Positions 1 to 13,515 of a stretch of DNA of 64,000 nt are shown in pieces (the first letter of the stretch is position 1; every line of letters starts with the position of its first letter). The translations under genes were made by a program, and so were the position numbers. Source of the DNA: Hydrolagus colliei (taxonomy: Eukaryota); assembly GCA_035084275.1 (NCBI GenBank), contig CM068761.1:434001-498000 (forward strand), read 5' to 3'. The notes beneath the pieces are model-generated. The model had not been told where the DNA came from, made no database searches, and saw nothing but the letters and a program-made list of their open reading frames with translations.

Positions 1-1346
1 CAATTCAACAGACCACATTTTTTTAATGTCTGACTTTGAGAATGCAATGCCCCTTCACAGAAGACAAATTCAGGCGCTCCTCCTGATGATCTAAATTATA
101 TTCAGCTGTCGCTGCGTCAATACACAGCCAATAAGTAATTATGGCTGCATTAAAAGTCTTACGTGACCGATATCTCGATGCCTGAATTTAAATTTGTCAA
201 TATATATATATAGCAGAGTTGTTCTTAAAAGATCAATAGAGTAAACATCTGACAGCAGCTGGAGTATAAAGTAATTCCATGTTCAAGCAGTAGAAATTGT
301 TTCTTTTACAATTTCATAAATGGAGTAACTGGTTTACTCGAGTTGGGCTAGAAAACAGTCATAGGTTAGGCAGATGGGCTGCTTATGATTTATGGTGCCA
401 TCAAGATGCTATCCCCCCATGGTAGATTGTTAGTGCAAACCCAGTAAGTCATTTATAACGGGGATTTATTATGTTGAGCTTAGTAACTCTCTGAAGACAC
501 TTTGAAAGCATCGATGTGGGCAGAGAGGGTTAGAGGTTGGTCCCGGAAGAAGACAAATACTTCAGTAAAAGGAAGGAGTATTTTATATTATAAAAGGTCT
601 TTTTAATTAGAGAGGAAACTTGGATGATTTTCTGTTGTAAAATAATAGCCGCAGCAGCAATTTATTTAAAAGAAGAATTGATACCCAAATTGAGCTCTAC
701 TGAAATGATTGGCTGTTAGTTTCTTTTTCATATAAAGTGGTGGTTATTTGTCCACAGGTTAACACTCTCTCCGCCTCATAAACTGAATTGCAGGATTGCA
801 AATGAGAAGTAATTGGAAGATAATGAGTTTCAGTCACTGGTTGAGGTGATTTCCACGACCTTTGTGCTGAATGCAGTGATGGTAACGAATATTTTATGAA
901 TTGGAAAGGCCTCCTTGGCTCACATCACTAAAATCTGCCATTAGCATCACTGAGCATCTCGATCTCAGTTAATATTAAATCATATCAGAGTGAATGGCAA
1001 CTGAGCCGGGCATATGGTGAACTTGCACAATTATTTGCACTTTTAAGGTGTAATCGTGCTTTGACTGTTTGGGTTTATGCTGTAGTCCTGTGATTGCTTA
1101 AAGGAAACAATTGGCAAATACATTTTCCCGTCCCTCATTCTCCACCCAAAGTGTGATTCTGTGCTTCCACTCGCTATCCCGTATAGCAGGAGTCTTGAAG
1201 AGACAGGAGGGCTTAGTAAAGGCGATAGAAACAAAGTGAGAGCTCCTGGTACCATTCAGTGGTTTCCACAGTCTTCACAGCTGACATCAGGGTGGAAGCT
1301 GATAACAGGCTTTACCATTTCACCAGTGTTCCCGTTCTACACAGTT

Positions 1347-1405
1347 GTGGGACGACCTCCCGATGTGAAAGATGCTTTGGATATGTAATTCTGTTGTTGT
1401 TGTTG
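1347..1405 (+). mobile_element. L2-clade LINE 3' tail fragment
   Basis: GGGACG..CTCCCGATGTGAAAG..GTAATT..(GTT)n, the same tail that ends L2 ORF2 fragments elsewhere in the window. Confidence 0.7.
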
Positions 1406-1854
1406 TGAAGGTGCCTGTGTGGAGTAGTGGGTTAGGACATCTCACCTCTGAGACCTACGCACCTACTAATAGGTTTGACTTAGGACTCTTCCTCCGCCGC
1501 GCCCCATCATGTGGCTTTACCTAATCCCCTTGTGATGTCTGACAGCAGCTTCTGATTGCAGCTGAATCATCTGGTTTAAATTCATGTATTCCTCCCATAT
1601 TATTCTGCATGGCAGGCAATTTGTTGAAGCTATTGGAAAAACATATAGTTCTAACACAATGTACCAATTAGGATGTTGTCAGATTATACAGGAGTTATTA
1701 GACTTGTTACAACCCCAAACATCCAGATCTAGCTAACATTATTACCTCACTCAGCTCCATCTCAAAGCACAGCCAGTACATTTGCACTGTTCTTGGCAAT
1801 TAATATGTTTAATGGAGTTTACCATTATCTCCAGTAAGTTTACTGTCTGTCCAG

Positions 1855-1915
1855 CCCCTTGGGACATCCTCCTGATGTGAAAGCGCTGTACTGTACAAAT
1901 GTAATTTTGTTGTTG
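1855..1915 (+). mobile_element. L2-clade LINE 3' tail fragment
   Basis: CCTTGGGACATCCTCCTGATGTGAAAGCGCT...AAATGTAATTTTGTTGTTG. Confidence 0.7.
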
Positions 1916-2352
1916 CTTAAGGTCAGAATGCAGGCTCAGAGATTGACAGGACAGTTCTCAATTTGAATCCCGTTTGCTCACAGTGAAACAAACATTTCTA
2001 GTTGAAGTCTGCAATGCAGTCACTAAATGCCAAAAAAGCTAATGTTAGGTAGTCAGGCATGGAAGCCTTTTACAGGTAAAGCAATAACATAGTGGGGTCT
2101 AAACTACAACCTTGGGAACTCAACTGGGAAGGAATCGATCTCTCATGTGCTGCTGCAAGATCTGCATCTGGTTCCTGGACTCAATTATTAAAGAATCTCA
2201 TTACAATGGGAATTGCTGCAAATTTGGGCCCCAAACCACCTCACCAACGTTTACTGATGTATGGCCGCTGATCTTCATTTCACGTTCTCCCCGATTTCCC
2301 CTTTAACCGCTCAGCAGTGGATGGGAGTAACAGTTACCCACAGGTTTCACGG

Positions 2353-2355
<3 letters not shown>

Positions 2356-2386
<31 letters not shown>
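2356..2386. repeat. (CA)n microsatellite
   Basis: About 15 perfect CA units. Confidence 0.98.
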
Positions 2387-2388
<2 letters not shown>

Positions 2389-3105
2389 ACTGCCGCCTCT
2401 CTGCACAAATCCCTGCTCTGCACAACGCAGTACACACCAGATCAAAAAGACAAATCAAATCATTCTTCCATCCTGAGCTTGTCACCAGTACAGCTTCTTT
2501 AAACTTCCCATTACTCTGCTAAACCACAGCTGTGTCCCTCAATCCCCAGAGTATATGAAGGATGTTATCAGCATTCTGTTGCCATAGAAACTGTAAATGT
2601 CTTTTAAAATATCAGACCTGAGCCATTAGTCTGCAGGAGGCTTCAACAACACAGAATAATGGGGCCAGTGTCACGACCACTTATATTTGTTATGTGAATA
2701 GCAGAGCATCAAATCACCTCTCAGAGTACAGCCGAGTGAAATATGGCATCAATTCAAAAGATAAATCCAAATGCAAAGTTAACGAGGCAGCAAAGCTATC
2801 AGTCCTTTGAAATCTTATACCCAGCTCCCTGTGGGAAATTAACATTGGGTGATTGATTCCAATATCAAATAATAAATCCTGTGTTTATTTGCTGCTGTGT
2901 TCAAGGTATTGTAAGAGTGTTCATCCTTCACATGATTTCTCCCCCATCATTTGTTGGCCTGGATATTTATTTATTGCACTTCTTTTTGAAGCGATGTAAC
3001 TGCCCATCTGGTTAGAGTTTTCAGACGTCCTCAGATATACCAGGGATGTTATGCTAAAGGTATTAACTTATCTTTCTCCAAATCAATATCAACACAAGCC
3101 AGGCT

Positions 3106-3260
3106 AACAACAACAACAACTTCGATTTATATAGCGCCCTCGATGCCGGACAGCCATGGCCTCCACACACCTCAACGATGGCCATGTTGAGTTTGGTGGC
3201 TGAGCTCCAGTGAGGGGTTGGAATGGGCAGCAGCATTTCCAAACTAAATGGAAAAGGAAA
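3106..3260 (-). mobile_element. L2 3' end fragment
   Basis: (AAC)n-TTCGATTTATATAGCGCCCTC..GCCGGAC, near-identical to 35149-35195 and similar to 37442 onward. Confidence 0.65.
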
Positions 3261-3279
3261 CTAAGTCAGTTTGTTTGTG

Positions 3280-3385
3280 GCTGGGATGCCCTGCCTGGAG
3301 CCATGGTCAAGGCATAATCCACATTAGCTTTCAAAGGGAAATTGGATAAGTATCTAAAAGGGAAAAATATATAGGAAGAAATGCC
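3280..3385 (+). mobile_element. CR1 LINE ORF2 C-terminal / 3' fragment
   Basis: TGGGATGCCCTGCCTGG (W-D-A-L-P, like WNxLP) followed by TTCAAAGGGAAATTGGATAAGTATCTAA (FK..LDKYL-like). Confidence 0.6.
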
Positions 3386-5744
3386 ATTTGGATCTAGATT
3401 TGCTTCACAAGGTCTGGAATTTTGCTAAATTATTGAATTCAGTCTCAACTGTGAAGCCATTTTTTCTGTAGCTCCTAAAATAAACTTGCAGAATAAAACT
3501 GTTTGAGAATTCAGTCTGTGCTTAAGAATTTGCCAAATTCTAGACATTCTGAAATGCTACATAAATTAAATGAACCTGGATCCTGGTGTAATTTCTCCCA
3601 AATTAAAGTATTGTTTAAAGGTCTGAAGGCTGGGACTAAATGGATTGCTGAATCACTCAGGTCAAATAGCCCTACTCTCTGTGCTATGAATTTCTATAGC
3701 TCTGATTCCCAGTGTTTAGCCAGTGACCATGTCAGAAAATAAATATAAAAACATCTCCCGGCAATGTTGGTTCTTGAATGACACTCATCAACTCAGGTCT
3801 TTCGTGACGAACAGCCACTTGGACAAAATACCAAACGATTGTAAAACTAAGACGATGAGGCAGGTGACAGAGATAGACCTTACACTATGTGCCTTGCTGC
3901 CCTCCTTTGGTATAGGGAATGACTCCACATTGGCTGGAGTCTCTAATCTGCTCAGATCAGTTATTGATAAAATTTTCTTAACATGGAAATGCAGTGCATA
4001 TCAATTTAGATCTTTGCCTATTTTGTCAGCCAGGCAGTAACTCTTTAAACTTAGATTAAGCAAGAAACTACAACATTGTTAAAAGGAATTGGTTCAACAT
4101 TTCTATGAGTTCAATGGGTTGCATTTTTCTGTGGCTGAGTCTTCCAAAGTTATTTTTCTTTAAAAGATATTTCATCTTCATCTCAGTCATTTATTTGTAC
4201 ATTGCTTTAATTGCACGTGAAGTGAGTATCCGGCAAACTCATTCCTTCTCAGACCTGACAGTAAACTACACATAGCTTGAGTGATGCTTCAGTTTTTACA
4301 AGGAATAGTTGTCATTCCCAAGAAGTTAGACTATATATAGTGGAAAGTCTGTTAAACTGGGCTGTGGGCTGCAGACAAGCTATTCTGATACCATGCCTTA
4401 AGTCAAATCATCAAATGTTTTATTTAATCCAATAGACTTAAGTTTTACAAGTCTCCTTCTCTACACCAAGATGTACATCAGATATGATGTGAAAGGGTCA
4501 ATTACATTATTTTCTCAAGAAATGTATGTGTTTTGCTAATGCTTTCTCCTGAACTGATACAATCAAAGTGAGACAAGCCTTAAATCTTTACCCTTTACCC
4601 CATTGGGACCTCAATCAGTTTGCAGGGTTGTCAGCTTGTAAATCTTCAATGGCAAAAACATTTGATGGTCTCAGTCAGATTGAGTGCGGGTGTATGTAAG
4701 TGTGGGCGTTGTCTCTCTCTGGAGGATTACAGCGAACAGCTATTGTCACATTCGAGTATAGTGTGGCTTTCAACGCATGGGCTAAGCCTGACGTCCACAC
4801 TGACAACAAAAGGACAAAACAAATCACAGAGAAAAAAAGAAGTTGAAGATTTGGCTAATATTTCGAACATCAAATTCCAATCTAGACTCAGTCTGAAATT
4901 TTTTAATTTAAGTGGTGCAGAACAGTGAAAAACTCTTGCGGCCTCCAGCGTGTCAAGGAAGGAAACCGCAGACTGTTGGCTATATTCTGTTATTGAAAGT
5001 TAATCCATTCGGATCACTTATTCTCCTGCTCACCACTCAGTCCCTGTGTGGAAGTTTAGAAACCTGCACATGTTAATCACTAGTCATGGGGCTAGCTTTA
5101 ATTCCTTGATCCCTGTTACTGTAAATACAGTGTAAGCTCTGCAGTAGTAGGATTGAAATTCCCTGTTGATGTCATAAGTAGAAAGGCTTTGTGACACCAA
5201 TGTTAATTGTATCTCCCTCTTCTAGGAATCCCTGGTGAATCACCAAGGTACAGCTCTGTGACACTTCATTAAAACCACTGGCAACTCAGAACAGCTCATC
5301 TTTATGTTCAAACAAATGTACTATGATGTGCTTTTTTTCACCTATTTCTAGCTGGTTCTTTGTCCATCTGATTCAGAGCAAAAATTAGTGTTGTATAACA
5401 GAATTGTTTTGTAGGTATTTGGTGAGCTGGCAGGGCCTGAGCAACATACATCCCTAATAGGTCCCAGCAGGCAGCCCCAGGAAAGAGTTTGGAAGCTGTG
5501 TTGAAATCACATCGAGGTGTCAGGCGTTAACATTCCACCAAACACTTCTGTCACGTTCCACTGAAATGGTTTTATTGTTGCAGGAGACTATTAGACAGAA
5601 ATTTTGCCTTTAGCTGTTTACTGCTCCCGAATGAAGTAAATTATGTTTTGCCTCATCTCCTGATGATTTGATTCCCTTTTCCCTTCTACAGAAATCTGGT
5701 CCCACACGTGTCCTTTGGTACTTCAGTCAATGGACAGTTTTTGC

Positions 5745-5883
5745 TCCACAAAATACAGTTAATTCACTTTCCAGTATATTCTGTAATGCGCATTGAAATG
5801 TCTCGAAGATGTGAAAAGACACTATATCAAAATAATAATAATAATAATCCTTGCATATCAAATGCAAGGATTATTATTATTAT
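5745..5883 (+). mobile_element. SINE 3' half with L2-derived tail
   Basis: CACAAAATACAGTTAATTCACTTTCCAGTATATTCTGT...ATGCAAGG(ATT)n; matches the 3' half of the full copy at 29353-29632. Confidence 0.85.
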
Positions 5884-5995
5884 AATTTGCGCGTGTGAGC
5901 TTTGATACTGAGTGTTAATAGCCTCTTCAACTGTGGGAGAGAATAACAGTTAAGTCTGATGTCCACAGACACACACATATCAGAAGATACAAACG

Positions 5996-6125
5996 TAATA
6001 ATCTTTGCATTTGATATAGCGCTTTTAACGTCTTCTAGACATCTCAAAGCGCTTCACAGAATGTACTGTAAAGTGAACTGACTGTATAACTTGTGGGTGA
6101 AATGTGACAGCCAAGTGCGCACAGC
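5996..6125 (-). mobile_element. SINE 3' half (antisense)
   Basis: AATAATCTTTGCATTTGATATAGCGCTTTT...CTCAAAGCGCTTCACAGAAT..ACTGTAAAGTGAA is the reverse complement of the SINE tail. Confidence 0.9.
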
Positions 6126-6669
6126 AGCGTCGCTTCTGCCCTACCTGGACAATCAGGAAAATGCAAAAGCATATCACTAATAAGTGAAGGTCTGATCAAT
6201 CCAATGTGATCTATTTCATTAACTGACTGCCACTTTGGAATGAATAATGTCTATCCTCAGTGAACCAATGAATAGATGCTGATGGGGAGGAAGATGATGT
6301 GTTTTTACAGAGTAAAGTGAGTCTGCAGCACTCCATTCTAGAGCTGGCAATGGCATCGGGTGATAATGCTCTATGACGAGCTTCCGAAATTTGGCGGAAT
6401 CAAGTCTATTAAGTCAACAGCTAATTGGAAAGTGTTGGTCTCTTGTAAAGATAGCAATTCAAGAGCATCTCAGGAGAGAAATGCAATAAACCTAAAGCCA
6501 GCAGGTGCTTATCAAAGGCAGGTCAGGCATTGCTAATTCCTCCAAATTCACTGAGGATAGAAGAGAGTTTGTAGAAGATTAGATAAGAACATAAGGAAGG
6601 TCATGGATGAGGAAAAGCCATTGAGCACACAGAAGCAGGTCCCTCTGGTATTACATAGCTCACATTTAG

Positions 6670-6960
6670 AACACACTTGATAAGGTTCCCAAACTCAGGC
6701 CTGAAATGAAAGCTTATGGGATCAAAGTGGAAGTTATAAATGGGGTAATGAATTAGAGAGATAATATTAGAGAAGTGTTAATGGTAATTGCAATTCTGTG
6801 ATCCATGAAGTCGCACAGCGCTAGTCCTGGGTACTGCTCAAACTATCTACTACTGACCTTTACTGAGGGGATCTAACTCCAGTGTCTAACCTGGTGGGGC
6901 AAAGATGGAATTCTGAAACAAAGAGTATTACAGTACTCAGAGAAATCTATTTATGTCCCA
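6670..6960 (+). mobile_element. Highly decayed CR1 reverse transcriptase fragment
   Basis: TTGATAAGGTTCCC (DKVP), GGGATCAAAG (GI), GTTAATGG (VNG) and GTCCTGGG (VLG) occur in RT motif order, with frameshifts. Confidence 0.55.
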
Positions 6961-7904
6961 GGGAGATGACTGCCAGATACCATATAACATTGAGATATGT
7001 ATATTGTTATACAATACCTTTCTCTGTGATTACAGTCATCTGCCATTGTTGGGTGCTCTGAGACACTATACAGTGTGAAGGAAGCATTTCAAAATGCAAG
7101 CTGTTATTACAATGCATACAATAACAAATCACATTTGTATAACACTTGTACATTCGTATAGCCATGGGTCCAGTTAATTCCTGGACTTCAGGAAAAGGCA
7201 AGGACCATAGAAAACAGTCAGAGAGGTAACAAAGGCCTCATATGAATGATACTTTATAGACACTCAACAACACAGATTGGTGCAGAAAGTCCAGGAACAT
7301 GAAGTAGGCTGAGCTTTATAACTGAGAGAGTGGAAAATAATCAAGGAAGAAAATAACACAGTGTTTCTAAATTATAAAGGAAACTGATAAAATAAATGTA
7401 ATAAAATATCTTGGTGTAAAAACAGGGCCTCGAAGCATTGATATCATGCAGGAAGTCCTGGCTGGACAGGGGCTGACAGTATAGAGTGGAGGAGGCATCT
7501 GTGAGAGCTCTGGACATTAAATCCGCTGTATCAGTTGAGAGGAGTGTGGACTGCAATGAGCCAACATTCTTCTGGAGCTCAGAAACCTTGCAATGGAGCC
7601 GTGTTACCACAAGGTAGCAGTATGGTACTTTCCTGGGTTTTTCCCTCTGAACTCAAATACAGCTTGGATTCTTACTACTGTATTACTATAAAGGCTGAGT
7701 TTCACTTCAAACCTTTGGTTTTATTGACACAATTACTTTAGGAGCTGCCCTCTCGCCAATCTAATGGACATTTTGCTCTGTTTGATGGCAGCTGGGAAAA
7801 ACAGAATCAAGCATTCAGAAGCTCTTCCGAAGGAAAGGATTTGACTGGAATTGTGAGGGAATGGGCGAGTGGAAATCAGGTAAACACACTTTTATTTTGT
7901 CACA

Positions 7905-8300
7905 GAGCAGATTGATATCCAGATACTGACTCTTGTATTTAAATCCCTTCACACTCGTGTTAACCCTCTATTTCTCCAACCTGTTCTCTCCCTGTACCCT
8001 CTGTCTCCGCTCAACTGGCTCCAGCCTCCTCCTGGTCACTGGGACCATCTGCCCCAGCATCGGCGGCCATACTTTCAGCCATTATGCCTCGAAGCTATAG
8101 AAATCTGTCTGTCAACCCATTCGCCTTGACCGCCCCCGCCCCTCTCCCCATTTTCAGGTCCCGCTTGAAGAACCATCCTCTTCGATTGTGCCTGTGGTCA
8201 CACTGGGCTATCTGGCTACCACATTCCTGCCCGAAATTTGACAGCAAACAAGAATCAATGAGAATTTGTACTCTACAGCGCCTTCCTGTGAGAATCAATG
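7905..8300 (+). mobile_element. L2 LINE ORF2 C-terminal fragment plus 3' end
   Basis: Translates in pieces to QIDIQILTLVFKSLH...PSIGGHTFSHYA..KL*..PIFRSRLKNHPL, like L2 RIxFKIL..FKxLH / GGRAFS..APxLWN / FKSxLKTxLF. Confidence 0.85.
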
Positions 8301-9271
8301 TCTCAAAGACAGAATCAGACCTTCCCAAGACGGCAGGCCAGTGGATATCTACTGGGAGGATCTATTTACACCCTGATTTTCCATGTGGCTTAGTAATTGC
8401 TAACGTTGAATTAAATTATACTTTCAATATTTGCTCAACAATTATACCCAGCTCTTCTTCTGCTGCGCTTGATTTAACAGATACAACTTTCATTATGTTT
8501 TTTTTTGCTATTTTTACACCAATCCTGTCTTCTCAACACTAAATGATATTTTCTGCCTATCTCTCTCTGTGCCCCCTATTCCAGCTGGAATGATGATCCT
8601 CACACAGCCTGAGGGTGATCTACAAATATGCTTGGGTGGGGAGGGCAGACCGGACTAGACAACTTCTTGTCCATATCAATGTGCAGGATTTTAGGGATTC
8701 CTTTTTACACCGAGTGTCGGTGTTTTCTTCTTGTGTTATTATAGAATTAAGGGATGTTTTTCCTCCCTAATAAACACGTGGTAACAGTAACACGAGTGAC
8801 TGTGGGGGCAGAGAGATTGGTCAGCGATGTCTCACAGGATGGAGGGCTTCCTGTGACTCCCCAGTGCTATTATAATTAATCCATTACAGGAAAATTAGTA
8901 CAATTACAATTAATTCTATTTGACAGATATCGCTGCCCAAATCCCCGGCTGGATCTAATCTGAAACTGGTTGCTGGCTGTGTGAACTACAATTTATATTG
9001 CTCTGAGGAATTCCTATTTTCACTTTATTTACTTGATTTAAAGGAGCGTACTTTATTTGAGAGATCGAGCTCCTTGTCCACTCAGTTATTGTATGTACAG
9101 TGGAAGCCAACACAGCCCCATTGTAGGACAACTGCCTACATACACACATCTTCTTCACTCAGAAATAATAACACTTACAGTATAACAGGAGGTCCCTTTA
9201 CGCCTCTCTCAATCACATGGCAGGTGGCACCTCAACTTAACCACACAATCCCAAAATAACAGCAATCAATT

Positions 9272-9415
9272 AAACAAAACTTACATTTATATAGCGCCTT
9301 TCACATCGAGAGGACGTCCCAAGGCGCTGTACAGTCAGGTAGGGACAAGAGCAGCGGGGAAGAGGTCGGGGCAGGATGAAGAAGAGTAGGAAAATTGACT
9401 GTATATTTGTGGGTG
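9272..9415 (-). mobile_element. L2 tail (antisense) adjoining a SINE fragment
   Basis: AAACTTACATTTATATAGCGCCTTTCACATCGAGAGGACGTCCCAAGGCGCTG, then ATTGACTGTATATTTGTGGG. Confidence 0.8.
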
Positions 9416-12049
9416 AACAGCAATAATTCAACAGTGCATCTGAGAGGTGAGTGTCCATTGTGAACAAATCAAAGACACTGATTCCAGGTTATCACCTGCA
9501 TGGGGAACGTAGGGCCCAGCAATTTATCTGCAGGTTTAACTGTGAGCTCTTTGGGGATTCTGCTACATTAGTGCCTGTCTGCATTGCTCTGTCTGTCTCC
9601 AGTAATCTGCTTTTAAATAGAACCATTGAACTCTCATTAAAGATGTTCCATCGTATTATTGGAATTGGTGCATCTCCAGAGACAAGTGATCGATACACAT
9701 AATCCTCAAAACAGTTCACTGGGAGATTCAATCTGTATTTTATGGCTGCGTGATGCCAATTACTTCAATACCTATCGCAAATAAAGGCTGAGTGAGGGCT
9801 GTGAGGATGGAATGCTGACGCCAGAGAAGCTTACACAGAGGGTGATGATACCACAGAACAACAACAAAATTACAATTGTAGAGAGCCTTTCACATCGGGA
9901 GGATGTCAGCACACAAAGGCTGGACAGGCAGATCAATTGGAATATCTGAATGGGAGATACAAGGGTCAGTTAAGACTATCAGAAGCTTCCTTACGAATGT
10001 GGAACTCCCAGTGGTTTGGTTTGTGGTCTTACACACAGTGATGAGTTTCCACATGTGTCAGACACTCAATCAGTGAATATTTACAGACAATATATGCTCC
10101 ACAGCAAGCGCTGGGAAACAGTAATAGCCCCCGTGTTCCACACACACAGGCTGTTATTAATTATAATGAGACCGGTCGTTTGGTTGAGGTGAAATGACTT
10201 TCTTGGCATTCAAGGTGAATTCAACACAACCCAAATGACTACCAAACGGGATCTACCAACACCAATTTCTTGTAACACAGATTCCATCAAAAGGAATTAT
10301 AAAAACTAATAAAAACTGCAATTAATATTTGCACTCTGGTACAATCCCTAGGGTACTGGTATTCCTGCGCAATTCCAATGGGAAGAAATAGTTCATGTTT
10401 TAGACCTCCATCGACATGCTGTTCTGCCCTTGTACCACAAGATGACAGTGTGTATCCAGGAATAAGTCTGTTTTTATATTCATGAACAAACGCGCAGAGA
10501 CATTAAGCTGCAGCCCAGATTTCCTGTGACATTGTCCTTGAGATCTGTAGGAACAGTACATTACTGAGGGCACCTTATACAGTATAGCATAAACAGCGCT
10601 TGTGTTACAGAGGAGGCTCCAAGATTTTCACAGGATTATAATAATAATACTAATAAATAAAAACACCCAGGAAAAGCTGGCGTCAGCCCCTCAAATGATG
10701 CCTTGCTGGACGAGAAACACTGGGTTTTAGGGAAATTTACATAATATTTTATTAATGGTTTTATCATGTTCTTAACAACAGGAAGGAATATCGTGAGCAG
10801 CATAATAACAATCTTTGCTTTGATACAGTGTGAAAGGTAATGTGTAAATACAGGGCATTGTCGTACTTGCACAGAGCGATACCGGTGTCTCAGGTGTCAG
10901 ATATCTCAATAGTGTCTGCTTGCAATTACAAAAGGCCTAGAGCCTGGTTGCCTCTCACAATGACATTGTGTGGTCTTCAATTCCAAGTTTGGCAATTGAG
11001 TTATTGTGGGGCTCGAGATCAGGTTTGGGGCCGTGCAGATAGGTGATTTTCAGTAAAACATCCCGGCACTATTTAGCTGACTGATGGCTGTGGTTAATAT
11101 GTTGTCAATGAAGGAGGTAAAAGCAAGGTTCAGCATTGAGCAGCCACATGAAAGTTGCCTTGCACAGCTTGTCTGGTTTGAACTAGTTTCTGGGGACCCA
11201 CTTCACAAACCAGGCATTAATTCCCCCGTTGTCTCTCAGGCTTATTGATTGAATTAAAGCGCTGATGGAAGTAATTACAGCACAGGGTAAAGGGAATGCA
11301 GTAAAACAGAACCAATCTTGCTGTATTGAAGCTGTGTTGATTGGAGCTGTGCCTGGGCACGCAGAAAGACAAGTGCAAAATTTGCAGCAAAGTTGACAAG
11401 ACCCAGACTAATTCTATAACTTTCTCTGATGTGTTCCCAGTGGGTAAAAAGTCCAATCTCTTTTAATAGATTTGACATGATCATATTTTGTTTGGTTAAA
11501 TCTCATTTCAGGCTTATACTCCTGTGTAATACTGGCCCTATCTGCCATTAAGGATTCTGTGATTTTATTGGAAAAGTGAAGGTTGGGTGGTGAGGCGGGG
11601 AAGAAAGGGGGTAGGGAGTGGAGTGAGGAGGGGGAGGTTGGGGAGGGAATGGAGTGTATTTGGGGGTGATTCAATGTGAGAGAATTGCTAAACTGATTTG
11701 GGACGTCCTCCTGAGGTGAAAGTTGCTGTAATGTTGTTGTTGTTGTAACTAGAGAATGCTGACGTGTGGAAGTCTTCATGGAAAGCCCAGCTGACCTTTG
11801 GTTTCCAAGCTCCCAACACAATCTGGCTGATCAATCGCTCGTTCACTCACTCCCTCCCTCCCTCACTGTCCAATCAATCACTCACTACAGGTGTCAATCG
11901 CTCATACTGCTATAAAACTAAGCTATCTGGAATCCAGACTGGCCAGCCTGTTTTATATAATGTTTAATGTTTCTGGCCTGTTTTAGGCCAGAAACCTATC
12001 AGCATGATATGCAATAGGATAGATGAAGAATCACAAGCTCCATGCCATC

Positions 12050-12455
12050 CTGACTCAATGCTATCTTCACTCTTGCCTCTGAGTCAGAAAGAAAGATGTG
12101 CCTTTGGATGTCCTTCCACCTCTCTGCCTCCCCTCAACCCTCCTTCATGCTCGGGTCTCGACACCTGAATGTTCAGTGCCTTGGGAGGTCCTCCTTACAG
12201 TATGTGAAAGACGCTCTCTAAATTGTTGTTTTGTTAATGTTGCCTGTTCAGGAGGACATTGTAGTCGTACTGTATTTGAGAAGAGAAGGGAGTTTCTCCT
12301 GTGTTCTGGCCACTCATTTCATGGCTGCTTGTGGGAAATTGCTAAGCACAAATTGGATGCCTACAATTTACAGTAAATCATGTGTAACGCTTTGATCCAT
12401 CCTCCCCGATGTGACAGGCACTATATCAAATGCAAAGATCATTATTATTATTATT
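12050..12455 (+). mobile_element. Deu-domain SINE (SacSINE1-like) with an L2 tail piece inserted at about 12105-12240
   Basis: Head CACTCTTGCCTCTGAGTCAGAA; body GAGAAGGGAGTTTCTCCTGTGTTCTGGCCA and TGTGGGAAATTGCTAAGCACAAATTGG; tail AAATGCAAAGATC(ATT)n. Confidence 0.75.
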
Positions 12456-13359
12456 TGCCTCGCTCAGTGCCACGCTTGGTGAATGTCCGCACGCACAGTT
12501 TTCAGTCCTGGTCTGTGGCCAACAGCCAGGAATAGGAACTCTGATGGATCCTGCCCTCACTCCTCCGCACTACCTCTTTCAGCTATGCCATGCTCTCCAC
12601 GTCTAAATGAGATTACATCCTTGGAATCACTCCCACGTAACCATTATTCACTGTACAAACCATCCGAAGTGCAGATTACATTGCAGTCTCCTAATCACTG
12701 CCAGAGATCCATTACTCTTGATATAAACCATCTGAACTGCCTGATTGAATTCCCGCCTTGAAATAATTTCCTGGTACTCATTAGTCTCTCTTTACAGGAA
12801 AGTGCCAAAGCCACGACCCATGATATGCCGGCCTTATGCTGTCCGTACCTCATGGTGCTTGACGGAATGTGCAGCCTTGTTGTTGCCCTAGGACTAAATG
12901 CACACATCTTACATGTAAAGGCTAAGTCCATGAGGAATCTGGAATCTTAGGTCAGAAACCTTCCATATCCCAGGGCACTGAGGTCAATTCTGCTTCTCTT
13001 CCTGTCCGTACCCCCATCCCACCCACCCACTCAAGGAGCAGAGTAATGTCTCCACACACTGTTCACTACATACATTAATGCTCTGGATTCGGGAAGCCAG
13101 TGTCAACGTAGTTTGATTAGCAGGTGGCAGTAAGTTGTCAGGAGAAGTTCCAGTCGATTTGTTTTGTTAAATGAGTTTCACATGCTAAACGCAACCAAGC
13201 TCGCTGGTAAGTCCGGGCTCACAGCCAACAACAACTTGCATTTATATAGCACCCCTCACGCAGGGCAGTGTACCAGAGAGCAGTTAGTGGTGGGAGGTGC
13301 TTTGAGACGTTCTCTCAATGTAAAAGGCGCTTTATCAATGTAAATTGGTGTTTCTCCAG

Positions 13360-13515
13360 CTGTTAAATTACCCTCTGGATAAAGAAATACTTCCTGGTGT
13401 TTGCTCTGAAATTGCTTCTTCCCCCCCCTCTGAACCTGTGTCCTCATGTCCTGCTGCTTTGACTTGCCTGGCAGTATTGTTCTGGGTTTAATCTCTCTAA
13501 CCCGTAAAACAGCTT
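13360..13515 (-). mobile_element. CR1 ORF2 C-terminal fragment
   Basis: Reverse complement reads GAGGACACAGGTTCAG..ATTTCAGAGCAAACACCAGGAAGTATTTCTTTATCCAGAGGGTAATT (RGH..RKYFFIQRV); same family as 42480-42530. Confidence 0.8.

Noticed and set aside
4600-4810. Possible LF-SINE-like relic (TTTGATGGTCTCAGTC)
   Set aside because: Similarity is too short to call by eye.
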